NCBI RefSeq assembly: GCF_006345805.1
Contig: NW_021833058.1
Coordinates: forward strand, 1 to 64,000
Direction of reading: 5' to 3'
DNA length: 64,000 nucleotides
Source of the DNA: Octopus sinensis
Lineage: Eukaryota
Shown: one piece after another, positions 1 through 10,902 of the stretch
Position numbering within the stretch: position 1 is the stretch's first letter
How the letters are laid out: each line of letters begins with the position of its first letter
Position numbers and translations under genes: made by a program
Notes under the pieces: generated by a model
Seen by the model: only the letters and a program-made list of their open reading frames with translations
The model's database searches: none
Told to the model about the DNA's origin: nothing

Positions 1-70
1 TTCAACACCAAGGGCTAGTGCTCCGAGAAACCTGGATTATTATATATTTTATAAATATAATATATTTTAC

Positions 71-302
71 AAAATAAATATAAGAGAGTGGTCACTATAT
101 GGCTCACTCTAGCACCAGTTAATCCAAAAGGTTTCAACACAAAAAATACATGTTTCCCATGAAAGTCAGTACGATTGTTAGCTCGTGTGAGCTAACAATC
201 GTACTGACTTTCATGGGAAACATGTATTTTTTGTGGGGAAACCTTTTGGATTAACTGGTGGCTAGAGTGAGCCATATAGTGACCACTCTCTTATATTTAT
301 TT
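71..302. repeat. Fold-back palindrome (~115-bp arms), Penelope-like terminal fragment
   Basis: Left arm 71-184 is the near-perfect reverse complement of 189-302. It carries the hairpin agagtggtca-ctata-tggctcactct, homologous to the start of the 60-kb array unit and to 44016-44095. Followed by (TA)n. Confidence 0.75.
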
Positions 303-320
303 ATTTATTTTATATTATAT

Positions 321-356
<36 letters not shown>

Positions 357-387
357 CGTGTGTGCGCGCGTGTGTGTGTGTGTGTGT

Positions 388-696
388 GTGGAGGCGCAAT
401 GGCCTAGTTGTTAGGGCAGCGGACTCGCGGTCGTAGGATCGCGGTTTCGATTCCCAGACCGGGCGTTGTGAGTGTTTATTGAGCGAAAACACCTAAAAGC
501 TCCACGAGGCTCCGGCAGGGGGTGTTGATCCCTGCTGTACTCCTTCACCACTCTTTCTCTCACTCTTTCTTCTGTTGGCCTGCGCGCTTAGCCAGCGGGG
601 TGGCGTCATTTGAAGGCTAAAACAATGTGAAGCGCATTGTGACCAGCGATGTGTAACAACATCTGATGGCCTGGTCGATCACGGTGATCACGGTGA
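388..696 (+). mobile_element. tRNA-derived SINE, family A (tail type 1)
   Basis: tRNA-like head with A box tggcctagttgttagg and B box ggtttcgattccc. The same head occurs at 14938, 49061 and 51329 (minus). Confidence 0.85.
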
Positions 697-719
697 TATA
701 TATATATATATGCGTGTGT

Positions 720-1110
720 GTGTTTGTGTGTCTGTGTTTGTCCCCCTAGCATTGCTTGACAACCGATGCTGGTGTGTTTATGTCCCCGTTTCTTAGCGGT
801 TCGGCAAAAGAGACCGATAGAATAAGTACGGGGCTTACAAAAGAATAAGTCCCGGGGTCGAGTTGCTCGATTAAAGGCGGTGCTCCAGCATGGCCACAGT
901 CATATGACTGAAACAAGTAAAAGCGTAAAAGAGTAAAGAGTATATATAGGCGCAGGAGTGGCTGTGTGGTAAGTAGCTTGGTTATGAACCACATGGTTCC
1001 GGTTTCAGTCCCACTGCGTGACACCTTGTGCAAGTGTCTTTTACTATAGCCTCGGGCCGACCAAAGCCTTGTGAGTGGATTTAGTTGACGGAAACTGAAA
1101 GAAGCCCGTC

Positions 1111-1148
<38 letters not shown>

Positions 1149-1310
1149 ATGTTTGTGTGTATGTGTTTGTCCCCCCAACTTAGCGGCAAAAAAGAAACAG
1201 ATAGATTAAGTACTAGGCTTGCAAAGAATAAGTCATGGGGTCGATTTGATCGACTAAAGGTGGTGCTCCAGCATGGTCGCAGTCAACTGACTGAAACAAG
1301 CAAAAGAGTA
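720..1310 (+). mobile_element. SINE family B: 3' half (720-940) followed by a near-complete copy (949-1310)
   Basis: Head ggcgcaggagtggctgtgtggtaag...ggtttcagtccc, internal (TA)n, tail ...gactgaaacaagtaaaagag. Matches the full copy at 46538-46946. Confidence 0.85.
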
Positions 1311-1313
1311 ATA

Positions 1314-1367
<54 letters not shown>

Positions 1368-1859
1368 AAGAGACGTTCAAAGTACAGGTACAGAAGTGAA
1401 CTTCTCTCAATGTTTCATTCATATATATAAAAGTAGTTTTAGAGACAGACCCTCCCCCACTCAACTGAATCAACATTGAAAGTTATTATACCCGACCGAG
1501 CCATAAACTATTAAATATCATATTTAAAAAAGTATCATATTGGTTCTGTCTCTAAAACTACTTTTATATATATGTCTTATTTTCCATTTGTTGTCTTTAT
1601 TTAATCCTGAAAATATTATTTATGTAACGCAAGTACTCGTTAATTGAGCGTGTGTGTGTGTGTGTGTGTGTACATTTGTGTGTCTATATGACACCATAAA
1701 TTAGCGGTTCGGCAAATTAGGCCGATAGAATTAGGGATTAGCTTACAAAAAATAAGCCCTGGGGTTTAATAGTCTTGGATTAAAACAAGTAAAAAGAGTA
1801 AAAGAATAAGGGAATATACGTGTGTGCGTGTGTGTGTGTTTATTGGCCGTGTGTTTGTG

Positions 1860-2568
1860 TGTGTATATATGTCTTTTACATCTCCTAAATTTTTCCCCTT
1901 CTTTTCTTCAACTAACTTGATTCCTTAACCTGCTCTTACCATCATTCTTATAACTAAGGAAAATTTTTCTTATTAGGAATGAATAATTATGTTTTTTCAA
2001 TTGGTTAATTATATTTCCTAGTGAAAACTTCTTTCGGAGTTGAATAAACTTGCAGGTTCACAAAAATGGTTTAAATTAGCAAATATGTACAGAGAGAATT
2101 TGAGCAGCCAAGAAAATGATAGCAAAAAGTTAATCATAACTATTAAAATCACTAATTGTAATTATTACTATAACTAACTATAACCATTAATATAATTAGT
2201 TATAAAAAGTTAGTTGTGAACTTAATTTTGGTCTGTTTAGCATCCTAACAATACTATCTCATGTTCCTGAAATTCATATCTACATCTTTATCTGTATATT
2301 TACCTTCTCTAGGATGTTGCTAATTGATTTGAGAACTTTATATTATTGGAAAAACTATATGAAATTAGCTGAGGATTACTTGACATATTATATCTGCTGT
2401 AATGTTATAGTATGAAACAATTGTACTAAATTACCGGATCCATTCTTGTTGCTTATTTTTGATTATAATCACCCCGCATATTTTTATGGGTAATCCATAA
2501 ATAAAATTCTCGGTTTCATCTAAATCTAAATTATACCATATTCATTTGAATCTAAATTGTTTGCTGAA

Positions 2569-2570
<2 letters not shown>
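1860..2570 (+). mobile_element. Decayed Penelope-like element 3' region / pseudo-LTR
   Basis: Remnant reading C(R)..QKWFKLANM near 2051-2090 resembles PLE endonuclease C-termini. It is followed by an HHR at 2365-2429 and ends in (TA)n. 1970-2204 is duplicated at 4770-5004. Confidence 0.5.
2365..2429 (+). ncRNA. Type I hammerhead ribozyme motif, canonical core
   Basis: ttag-CTGAGGA-[long stem II: tac/gta, tgacat/atgtta]-GAA-ACAATTGT-A-ctaa. Stem I is ttag/ctaa, stem III is palindromic, and the cleavage triplet is GUA. Confidence 0.75.
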
Positions 2571-2624
<54 letters not shown>

Positions 2625-2724
2625 TATATATATATATATTGTTCGGCGTACCTATTTCATTTACTCATGCAATGACACTTGAATTGTAATGAATTGTAAA
2701 GCAACAAATATATGTATATACATA

Positions 2725-4010
2725 CAGGGTGAGGAAGCAAAATTACAATGAACGTTAAGTTGCTTTTTCTCAGGAGGCTCTAAGTCAATTGTTTTGAAAC
2801 CTAGCATATATGGATGTCATACTCATACCTAACACTATTATCCTTACCTTTTCAGAAACTTTTGCCCATATGAGTAATCAGGAAAGCAAACGTCAAAGAG
2901 TGTGTGATTTGCTGAATGCAGTCGTCACAACAAAGGAGATTTCAAGGATAGTTGGAGTGTCCATAAAGACTGTTTATAATGTAAAGAATAGAATGACTAT
3001 GAGCAAAACTATTACGGGGATGTCTGGAAGTGGAGGAATCAACAAAAAACGTACCAAAGCTTTTATTGAAGCTCTCAAATCCCAAATCCTAAAGGATCCA
3101 ACCAAATCCATGAGAAAAATGGCAATTGAACTTGAGGTAGACAAGAAGACCATTAGAAATGCAGTAAAATATTATTTGAGGTTAAAATCTTACACAAGAA
3201 CACCAAAACATTTGTTGACAACAGCTATGAAGGAAAAGAGACTGGAGAGGTGCAAGAAAATTATTACATGGTTCAAGAAAAAGTCCTCCATTGTAACAAT
3301 CTTTTCAGATGAAAAGATCTTCACTATCGTTGCTGTTCTGAACCGCATAAATGACAGATTTATTGCAAAATCAACAGCTGAGGTTAAGGGGACATTCAAA
3401 ACAAAACATCCTGCACAAGTTATGGCTTTTGGTGTTGTGGCTTCCGATGGAAAGAAAATGCCTATAAAATTCTACAAAGCTGATAAAAAGATCAATGTTA
3501 ATACTTACTACAAGACTCTAAGATACCAGGTATTGCCATGGCTTAAAGCAAACAACCCAGATGGTAATTATGTATGGACACAGGATGGTGCTCCAGCCCA
3601 CACAGCCAGAAAAATACAAGATTTCTGCAAATCCAACTTTAGCGATTTTTGGGAATCATGTTTATGGCCGCCTTCTAGCCCAGATCTAAACCCTCTGGAT
3701 TATGCTATTTGGGGCGTTTTAGAACATGCTACCAATAGAACATCACACAGCAATGTCGACACTCTTAAAGATACTATTACAGAAGAATGGGAGAAGTTGT
3801 CTCCCGAATATTTGAGGAACACTTGTACAAGTTTCAGGAAGTGTGTGAAGGCTGTTATTGAGAAAGAAGGAGGACACATAGAATAAAAACATTTTCTATT
3901 ACGTAAATTTTCTTGTGGCAAATAAATTCTCATAATTTTCAATAAAATAATTGGTCATACACTGTCTTTCAATCCCTGCTCAAAATATTGAAATTTTGCT
4001 TCCTCACCTG
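2725..4010 (+). mobile_element. Tc1/mariner DNA transposon, DD37D (maT) type
   Basis: TIRs CAGGGTGAGGAAGCAAAATTACAAT (2725-2749) and ATTGAAATTTTGCTTCCTCACCTG (3987-4010), flanked by TA on both sides, enclosing a transposase ORF. Confidence 0.95.
2870..3886 (+). CDS. DD37D transposase (~338 aa from MSNQESK; upstream in-frame ATG at 2810)
   Basis: N-terminal HTH-like region, then IFSDEK, WTQDGAPAH and SPDLNPLDY. There are 37 residues between the 2nd and 3rd catalytic Asp and no internal stops. Confidence 0.92.
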   Translation: MSNQESKRQRVCDLLNAVVTTKEISRIVGVSIKTVYNVKNRMTMSKTITGMSGSGGINKKRTKAFIEALKSQILKDPTKSMRKMAIELEVDKKTIRNAVKYYLRLKSYTRTPKHLLTTAMKEKRLERCKKIITWFKKKSSIVTIFSDEKIFTIVAVLNRINDRFIAKSTAEVKGTFKTKHPAQVMAFGVVASDGKKMPIKFYKADKKINVNTYYKTLRYQVLPWLKANNPDGNYVWTQDGAPAHTARKIQDFCKSNFSDFWESCLWPPSSPDLNPLDYAIWGVLEHATNRTSHSNVDTLKDTITEEWEKLSPEYLRNTCTSFRKCVKAVIEKEGGHIE

Positions 4011-4465
<455 letters not shown>

Positions 4466-4769
4466 TGTTGCTTTGCAATTCGTTACAATTCAAGTGTCAT
4501 TACATGGGTAAATGAAATAGGTACGTCGAACAAAATTACTCTGCGTTATTTGGGTCCAGCCAAGTAATCTCCCATTACACCAAGTTGAACTTTTCTTCCT
4601 TTGGCGATCGATAAAGCAAGTACCATTCAAAGTAGTGAGTTCGATATGATTGACCTAAAAACCGACGAAGCTTAATGAAGACTCAAAATTAGAATTCTGC
4701 TTGTCTGTCATATAATCTCACTCTTTAGCTTATAATATTGTGCGCCAATTATCTTCAACGGAAATATAA

Positions 4770-5004
4770 TTATTAGGAATGAATAATTATTTTTTTTTCA
4801 ATTAGTTAATTATGTTTCCTAGTGAAAACTTCTTTCGGAGTTGAATAAACTTGCAGGTTCACAAAAATGGTTTAAATTAGCAAATATGTACAGAGAGAAT
4901 TTGAGCAGCCAAGAAAATGATAGCAAAAAGTTAATCATAACTATTAAAATCACTAATTATAATTATTCCTATAACTAACTATAACCATTATTATAATTAG
5001 TTAT
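4770..5004 (+). repeat. Direct duplicate of 1970-2204 (PLE pseudo-LTR-like)
   Basis: About 235 bp nearly identical to 1970-2204. Confidence 0.85.
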
Positions 5005-5309
5005 ATAAAAATTCTTCAGTGGGTCGAATATATAGTGTAACATGGTATTTTTTTATCGTTCCGAATGGTATTAGTAACATGGTTAAGTGAAGTAAGTTTC
5101 TAAATTGCGTAGCGTATTCTGTAATCTAAGCATTAAGTAAACAGTTACATCTTAAGTACAAGGCTTTAAATCCAGTAAAAGAATCTATTGTCCAAAGAAA
5201 TTGAAGGAAGGGTGCATGGATTATAAGGTACTTTTTGAATTTGGTTAAAATCGTAAGTCTTGCAGAGGACTAGCATCTGACGGTTGGCGATATATATATA
5301 TATATATAT

Positions 5310-5472
5310 ATCTGTAGAATAATATGTGACAATTATTCAACAGCCAAGATAAAACTCTGAGTTTCGGATGCCGAGTTGGAAATCCACAACACCATCTCTT
5401 CGGTTATCTGGCATCCGAAACTCAGAGTTTTATCTTGACTATTGAATAATTGTCACATATTATTCTACAGAT
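5310..5472. repeat. Fold-back inverted repeat, PLE-like
   Basis: 5310-5372 pairs with 5410-5472, next to (TA)n tracts. Confidence 0.8.
5347..5409 (-). ncRNA. Hammerhead-like motif, U4C core variant
   Basis: Minus strand: agataa-CCGAAGA-gatg...catc-c-GAA-ACTCAGAGT-T-ttatct, with a 6-bp stem I. Confidence 0.55.
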
Positions 5473-5667
5473 AAATTTCCTCTATTTACATAATATTGAG
5501 GTCTCTTTCTTTCTTTTGTTATCTTACCGTTTTTACCAATATATGTATATATAAATAATAAATATATATATATATATATAAACAATTGCAGTGTGGTAGA
5601 TGTTTGTAAGCCATTTAAGAACACACAAAAAATCGTTACATTCACTTCGACATTTAAACTTAATTTG

Positions 5668-5714
5668 TGTCAAAATATTTACCTCGCTTTGAAACCCCGA
5701 CCTGTTCACTGACA
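5668..5714 (-). ncRNA. Degenerate hammerhead-like motif with G3-C8 core
   Basis: Minus strand: tgtca-GTGAACA-g-gtcg...cgag-GTA-AATATT-T-tgaca. GAA is mutated to GTA in this copy. Confidence 0.4.
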
Positions 5715-5719
5715 AAAAA

Positions 5720-6300
5720 AAAATCCGTAAAACAGTTAGGGTAGGGAGGGGGAAATTTACAATTTTGAAAATTTGATTTTTCAGCATAATCGCAATTTCC
5801 TATATAGAAAAAATAAATAGCAATCCCAACAAAATTTGGAGGAAATTCACCTCCGACACGCTAGAAACAGCAGGTATATGACACGATTTCTGAAAAAAAG
5901 AAATTCCTTTTAAGTTTATATCGAAGATCAGGTTTTTCAATACGCTCATCTCAAGCACAAATTACAAAATAAAAATAGGTCACTTCCATTGGAGTTGAGC
6001 TGTAATTTTGCGCGTGCACACAGCGACAAATAACACAATTCGTACTGAAGTTTCACCTATAGTGTCTGTGTCTGTCTGTGTGCGTGTGTGTGCGCAAAAG
6101 AAGATATTTTTTATATACCTTTCTTCATTCCAAAGGAAGACGAACATGAACAATATTTCCAAAATTCGACTTCACCCATAATTATTACGTCACCAACAAC
6201 AATGTCGGGTGATCGCGATAGACAAACATTTATGAAAATGTACACATACATATTGTATTAAAATAAGCCACAACCAAAACAATTTCATTAAAAGACATCC
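5720..6300 (-). mobile_element. Helitron-like non-autonomous element, diverged inverted partial copy
   Basis: Reverse complement of 5830-6060 aligns with 10920-11130, and of 6221-6270 with 6605-6650. Confidence 0.55.
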
Positions 6301-6655
6301 ATTTATCTATATGTTACGAGGAAATACAGTCAGGTGGGTGCTACTTCTATATGTATGCCATTTTGGGATGGCAAATAAGTCCGTCCTTAATTCGGCAGGC
6401 TACGTCTCCACTTCACAGCTTCCGCTGACAGTGGCATTATCTCTCTCTTTCAATCTCTCATTATAATGTATGGAGACACTATGTTGTCAACATGTTACTA
6501 CTTCCACTAACTTCATCAATATATGATGGAACCTGGATTTCATTTCGTTTTTTTACATACTTTACTATCGATTAAACAAATAATTCCAAACATGGCCTGT
6601 AACGATAATTTCTTTTAATACAATATTTATGCGTACATTTTCATACGTTTCTCTA

Positions 6656-6907
6656 TGTTGTGGTGTCGGTGGAGAGGACGACAGATAAGGGAGGGCGGAA
6701 GTAGGGCTTGCAGGGCGCATGCGCGGCGGGAAGCGGAAGCGGTGAAGCAGCACGCACGTGTGGGATCAACGAAGCCGGCAGTTCGAGCTGAGACGACGAA
6801 GCGACTAGACGTATTGACTTTGGTGAGAGAGATCTGATCTTCGCTGAGGTAAGGCTCGTTGTATTTCCTTCGCTTTTTCTGTTGTCTTCTTCATCCGTCA
6901 CACTACA
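6656..6907 (+). repeat. 5' LTR
   Basis: TGTTGTG...CACTACA termini. 6662-6907 is colinear with 10592-10837 (6 substitutions counted in 246 bp). Confidence 0.92.
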
Positions 6908-6944
6908 AGCTATTTCGGCATATAAAAAAAGAAAAAAACGAACG

Positions 6945-7700
6945 ATGAGCGTCCGTATTTCGCACGAAATGATACAACCGTTCTACGGCGATACGGATGT
7001 AATCGCTTGGTTGAAGAAAGTGAAGTTGGTGGCGAAGCTCCATGGTATAAGTGACCTGGCGAGCTTCATGCCGCTGTACTTGGATGGTCCGGCATTGGCG
7101 TTGTATCTAGAGATGGAGGAGACAGACCAGCTCAGCGCGGAGAAAGTGGAAATCCGGTTGATGGAGGCCTTTGCGGAGGGGATGTTTGAGGCATACGATC
7201 GCCTGGGTAGAACAATATGGACTGGGGAACAGGTGGACGTGTTTGCCAATGAACTTAGGAGATTGGCTAAACTGGCGGGTTATGAGGGAGAGTCGCTGGA
7301 CCGGACGGTTAGGTTGGCGTTCGTGACTGGCTTTCCTAACAACATGTCGGTCGAGCTACAGCAGCTTCCGAATGTTCATGCGATGCCGATGGCGGACATC
7401 ATATCTCGGGCACGCGTATTAGTTTCGTGCAACAGAAGGACGTCGGTAGCAGCGACTGCAACATCGAAAAGTGGCCGAGCTAGGAGCAGCGGAGAGGGGC
7501 CAAAGAAAGAACGTGTGCGACCGTTCAAAGGACAGTGTTTCCGGGGCCAAGGTCCGCACATGGTGCGTGACTGCGAGTCACCCAAGCCTGAGGTGATTTG
7601 CTACCGGTGTCGAGAACCGGGGCACATAGCCAGCGAGTGCCTGCGGGGAAACGGACTAAGGGAGACTACTGCGCCGGTAGTTGTCCCTTCGGATCAGTAG
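6945..7700 (+). CDS. gag: Gag with two zinc knuckles
   Basis: Open frame from MSVRISHEM. CFRGQGPHMVRDC (degenerate) and CYRCREPGHIASEC (CCHC). Confidence 0.88.
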   Translation: MSVRISHEMIQPFYGDTDVIAWLKKVKLVAKLHGISDLASFMPLYLDGPALALYLEMEETDQLSAEKVEIRLMEAFAEGMFEAYDRLGRTIWTGEQVDVFANELRRLAKLAGYEGESLDRTVRLAFVTGFPNNMSVELQQLPNVHAMPMADIISRARVLVSCNRRTSVAATATSKSGRARSSGEGPKKERVRPFKGQCFRGQGPHMVRDCESPKPEVICYRCREPGHIASECLRGNGLRETTAPVVVPSDQ

Positions 7701-7707
7701 AGGCGTG
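7646..7707 (+). promoter_or_regulatory. -1 programmed ribosomal frameshift signal (G GGA AAC plus pseudoknot)
   Basis: The heptamer is in gag frame and the protease is in the -1 frame. Stem 7658-7669/7677-7689; loop tgcgcc can pair with ggcgtg at 7702-7707. Confidence 0.75.
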
Positions 7708-10545
7708 TTTATCGTCGCTACCTGTGGTCGACATTCTGGTGGAGAGGAAGATGTCGCGAGCCCTTGTGGACACGGGCTGTACGACAACCCTGATGACTAC
7801 AGAAGTGGCAGAGACGTGGAGTGGAGAAAGCAGTGTTAGAACTGTCGACGGAAGAGAAGTACACTGCGAAGCGTTACAGATGCGCGGATTGTAGTGTAAG
7901 GACTACAGCTGACTCTGCGAGCGATTGTGGCTGGTCACTTGGTGGACGAGATTGATGTGATGATGGGGATGGATGCAATCACCCGCTTGGGAGGTGTCAC
8001 CGTTAACGAGGCTGGTGTAACGTTTGGGTTAGCGGGGAAACCGTGTAGGGCGTGACCATGCACCGGCGACAACCGTGAGGAAAAGCATGCTGCGCACACC
8101 ATTGAAGACCAGGATTTTCGGGCTGTCTTTGATGGCAAGAGGTGGACAGTGGAGTGGCACTGGAAGAGAGAGCCCCCGATGTTAAAGAATAAAGTGGGCT
8201 GCTTTCAGCATACTCTAAAAGGAGATGCCAGAAGTGAGTTCGAGGGGGAGGTGGAGCGGTGGATTAAGGAGGGCATATTAATCACTTAGGAAAAAGAAGA
8301 GAGAGGGGTCCTGCCACTGATGGCGGTGATAAAGCCCACAAAGCATAAGGTCAGGCCAGTGCTTGACTTCTGAGAGCTGAATGACCATGTATCATGTCAT
8401 ACAGGCGGCGAGACCACAGATGTCTGCGGAGACACCTTGCGAGAGTGGAGGCAGATGACAGGGGCCTCCACGATTGTTGATTTGAAGTCGGCATACCTAC
8501 AGGTGCATGTGGCTGAGAAATTGTGGAAGTACCAGCTTGTCAGATATAAGGGCCGGACGTACTGTCTGACCAGGTTGGGGTTCGGGCTGAATTCAGCGCC
8601 AAAGATTATGGCAACAATTCTCAAGGCCATCCTGGGAAAGGTGGACAGAGTAAAAAGGGCCACCAATTCGTACATCGATGACATTCTGGTGGATGAAACC
8701 GTAATGCCAGCAACGGAGGTCGTAGGCCACCTGAAGAGTTTGGGACTGATCGCCAAGCCACCAGAGGCAATGGAGGGAGGTGCTGCACTGGGCCTCAAGC
8801 TATGGAGAGACAAGGCCGGTGCGTTGGTGTTCCGGCGAGGGAATGAGGTCCCTGAACTGGGCGTCAGCATGAGTAGACGGGAACTGTTCTCTGTGTGTGG
8901 GAAGCTGGTGGGACACTACCCGATTGCAGGTTGGCTCCGGACAGCATGTAGCTTCATCAAGAGACGAGCCGAAGGATTGAAGAGGAATGATAGAGTGGGG
9001 AAGAAGACGATCGACATGATGCAGGAAGTCTTAGTCAGAGTAGGAGCAGAGGACCCAGTGAGGGGCAGCTGGTATGTTCCCATATCAAAGAGCGGGATTG
9101 TATGGTGTGACGCCAGTAGCATCGCAACAGGGGTTGTCTTAGAAGTGGGAGGTGTCATGGTGGAAGATGCAGCCTGGCTCAGGAAGACGGATGACTGCAA
9201 TCATATCAATGTGGCGGAGTTGGATGCCGTGTTGAAGGGGGTGAACCTAGCTTTGAAGTGGGGGTTGCACACCATAGAAATCAGGACTGATTCAGCCACT
9301 GTACTTGGTTGGGTGACAGCAGTCATCACCAATGAGCGGAGGGTGCGGACCAAAGGGGCTGCAGAGATGCTGGTAAAGCGTCGATTGGGAATACTGCGTG
9401 AACTAACCACTGAGTTCAATCTGAAGCTGAGCGTGATCTTTGTACCTTCCGAGAAGAACAGGGCAGACGTCCTGACCAGGGTAAAGCGAGCCTGGTTGCA
9501 GGTGCCAGAGGATGCGAAGCAGGCTGTAGCTGCAGTATGCCGTCTGAGCGATTCGGAGTTGCGGAAACTGCATAACATGAATCACATGGGTGTGGACAGG
9601 ACATTGCTCCTAGCCAGAAAAGTTGACTCCGATGTAATAAGACAGAGCGTGTAGAGAGTGGTTAGCAGTTGTGACAGGTGCCAGTCCATCGACCCTGCTC
9701 CGGGCGTACATGAAGCGGGAAGTATTCCAGTGGACCATGACTGGAAACGACTGGCGGTGGACATAACACACTACCGGCAGGGGACATAACTCTCAATGGT
9801 TGACTGCGGACCGGGGCGGTTGGCCATATGGAGGGAGATGAAGACGGGGACCGCAGAAGAAATTGTGAAAGTATTGAATGAGATATTCCTGGAACGATGC
9901 CCCGTGGATGAACTGCTTCTGGATAATGGCACTGCATTTCGCTCGGATGTGCTGAAAGAAATGCTTGATGGTTGGAAGGTCAACCGCTTCATCAGGGCGG
10001 CATACCGGCCAAGTGGAAATGGGGTGGTGGAAAGACATCATCGTACCATCAAGGCCATGGCAGAGAGGGGTCACATTTCACCAATCGAGGCTGTATTTTG
10101 GTACAATATGTCGCCCAGATCAGGACAGGCTGAGGAGTCGGTGCCACACAGGGCAATATTCAGGTACGAGTGGAGGCATCCATGTACTGCATCAATGCGA
10201 CCCGGGGCAGAGGAAGAGCACGCCTTCGTGCAGGTCGGGGAAGAAGTTTGGATAAAACGCCCAAACGCACGGTGTACATCACGATGGGGAAAGGGGACAA
10301 TAACCTCTGTAAATTCAAAGAATAACATCTCGGTCGATGGTATGCCACGCCACGTTTTGGATATACGGAGGATTGTCCATGCCTCAGAGGATGGGACCAG
10401 CAGCAGTGGGCAAGATGAAAACAACACCAGTAGACAGGATGATGAGGCCAGCAGCAACATGCCAGGAATCAGTCCTAGGGTCGCACTGCGACCACAGAGG
10501 GAACGGCACCCTCCGCCCTGGTTGGCTGATTATGAAACCAGTTAA
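7646..10545 (+). pseudogene. pol: Gypsy pol (protease, RT, RNase H, integrase), disrupted
   Basis: Motifs ALVDTGC; VDLKSAY, GFGLNSAP, YIDDILV; WCDAS, AELDA, RTDS; H..H/C..C, LAVD, LDNG, GVVER. A frameshift near 7875 and stops at 8053, 8287, 8371, 9652 and 9787. Confidence 0.9.
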
Positions 10546-10591
10546 GGTGTGAGTTCGGGAGCGGGGAGCGAGTAATCTGTAGATCAGGGGG

Positions 10592-10837
10592 GGTGTCGGT
10601 GGAGAGGACGACAGATAAGGGAGGGCGAAAGTAGGGCTTGCAGGGCGCATGCGCGGCGGGAAGCGGAAGCGGTGAAGCAGCACGCACGTGTGGGATCAAC
10701 GAAGCCGGCAGTTCGAGCTGAGACGACGAAGCGACTAGACGCATTGACTTTGGTGAGAGAGATCTGATCTTGGCTGAGGTAAGGCTCGTTGTATTTCCTT
10801 CTCTTTTTCTGTTGTCCTCTTCATTCGTCACACTACA
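10592..10837 (+). repeat. 3' LTR (first few bases apparently missing)
   Basis: Matches 6662-6907 and ends CACTACA. Confidence 0.92.
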
Positions 10838-10869
10838 TATGTAAACATAACTTCCTTTGACACACAAAC

Positions 10870-10902
<33 letters not shown>

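Larger units (their letters stand above)
6656..10837 (+). mobile_element. Full-length Ty3/Gypsy LTR retrotransposon (pol inactivated)
   Basis: Paired LTRs, gag, domain order PR-RT-RH-IN, and a G-rich PPT at 10586-10593. TATG at 6654-6657 and 10838-10841 is a possible TSD. Confidence 0.95.

Noticed and set aside
388-470. tRNA gene
   Set aside because: The tRNA-like sequence runs straight into a repeated SINE body; it is a SINE head.
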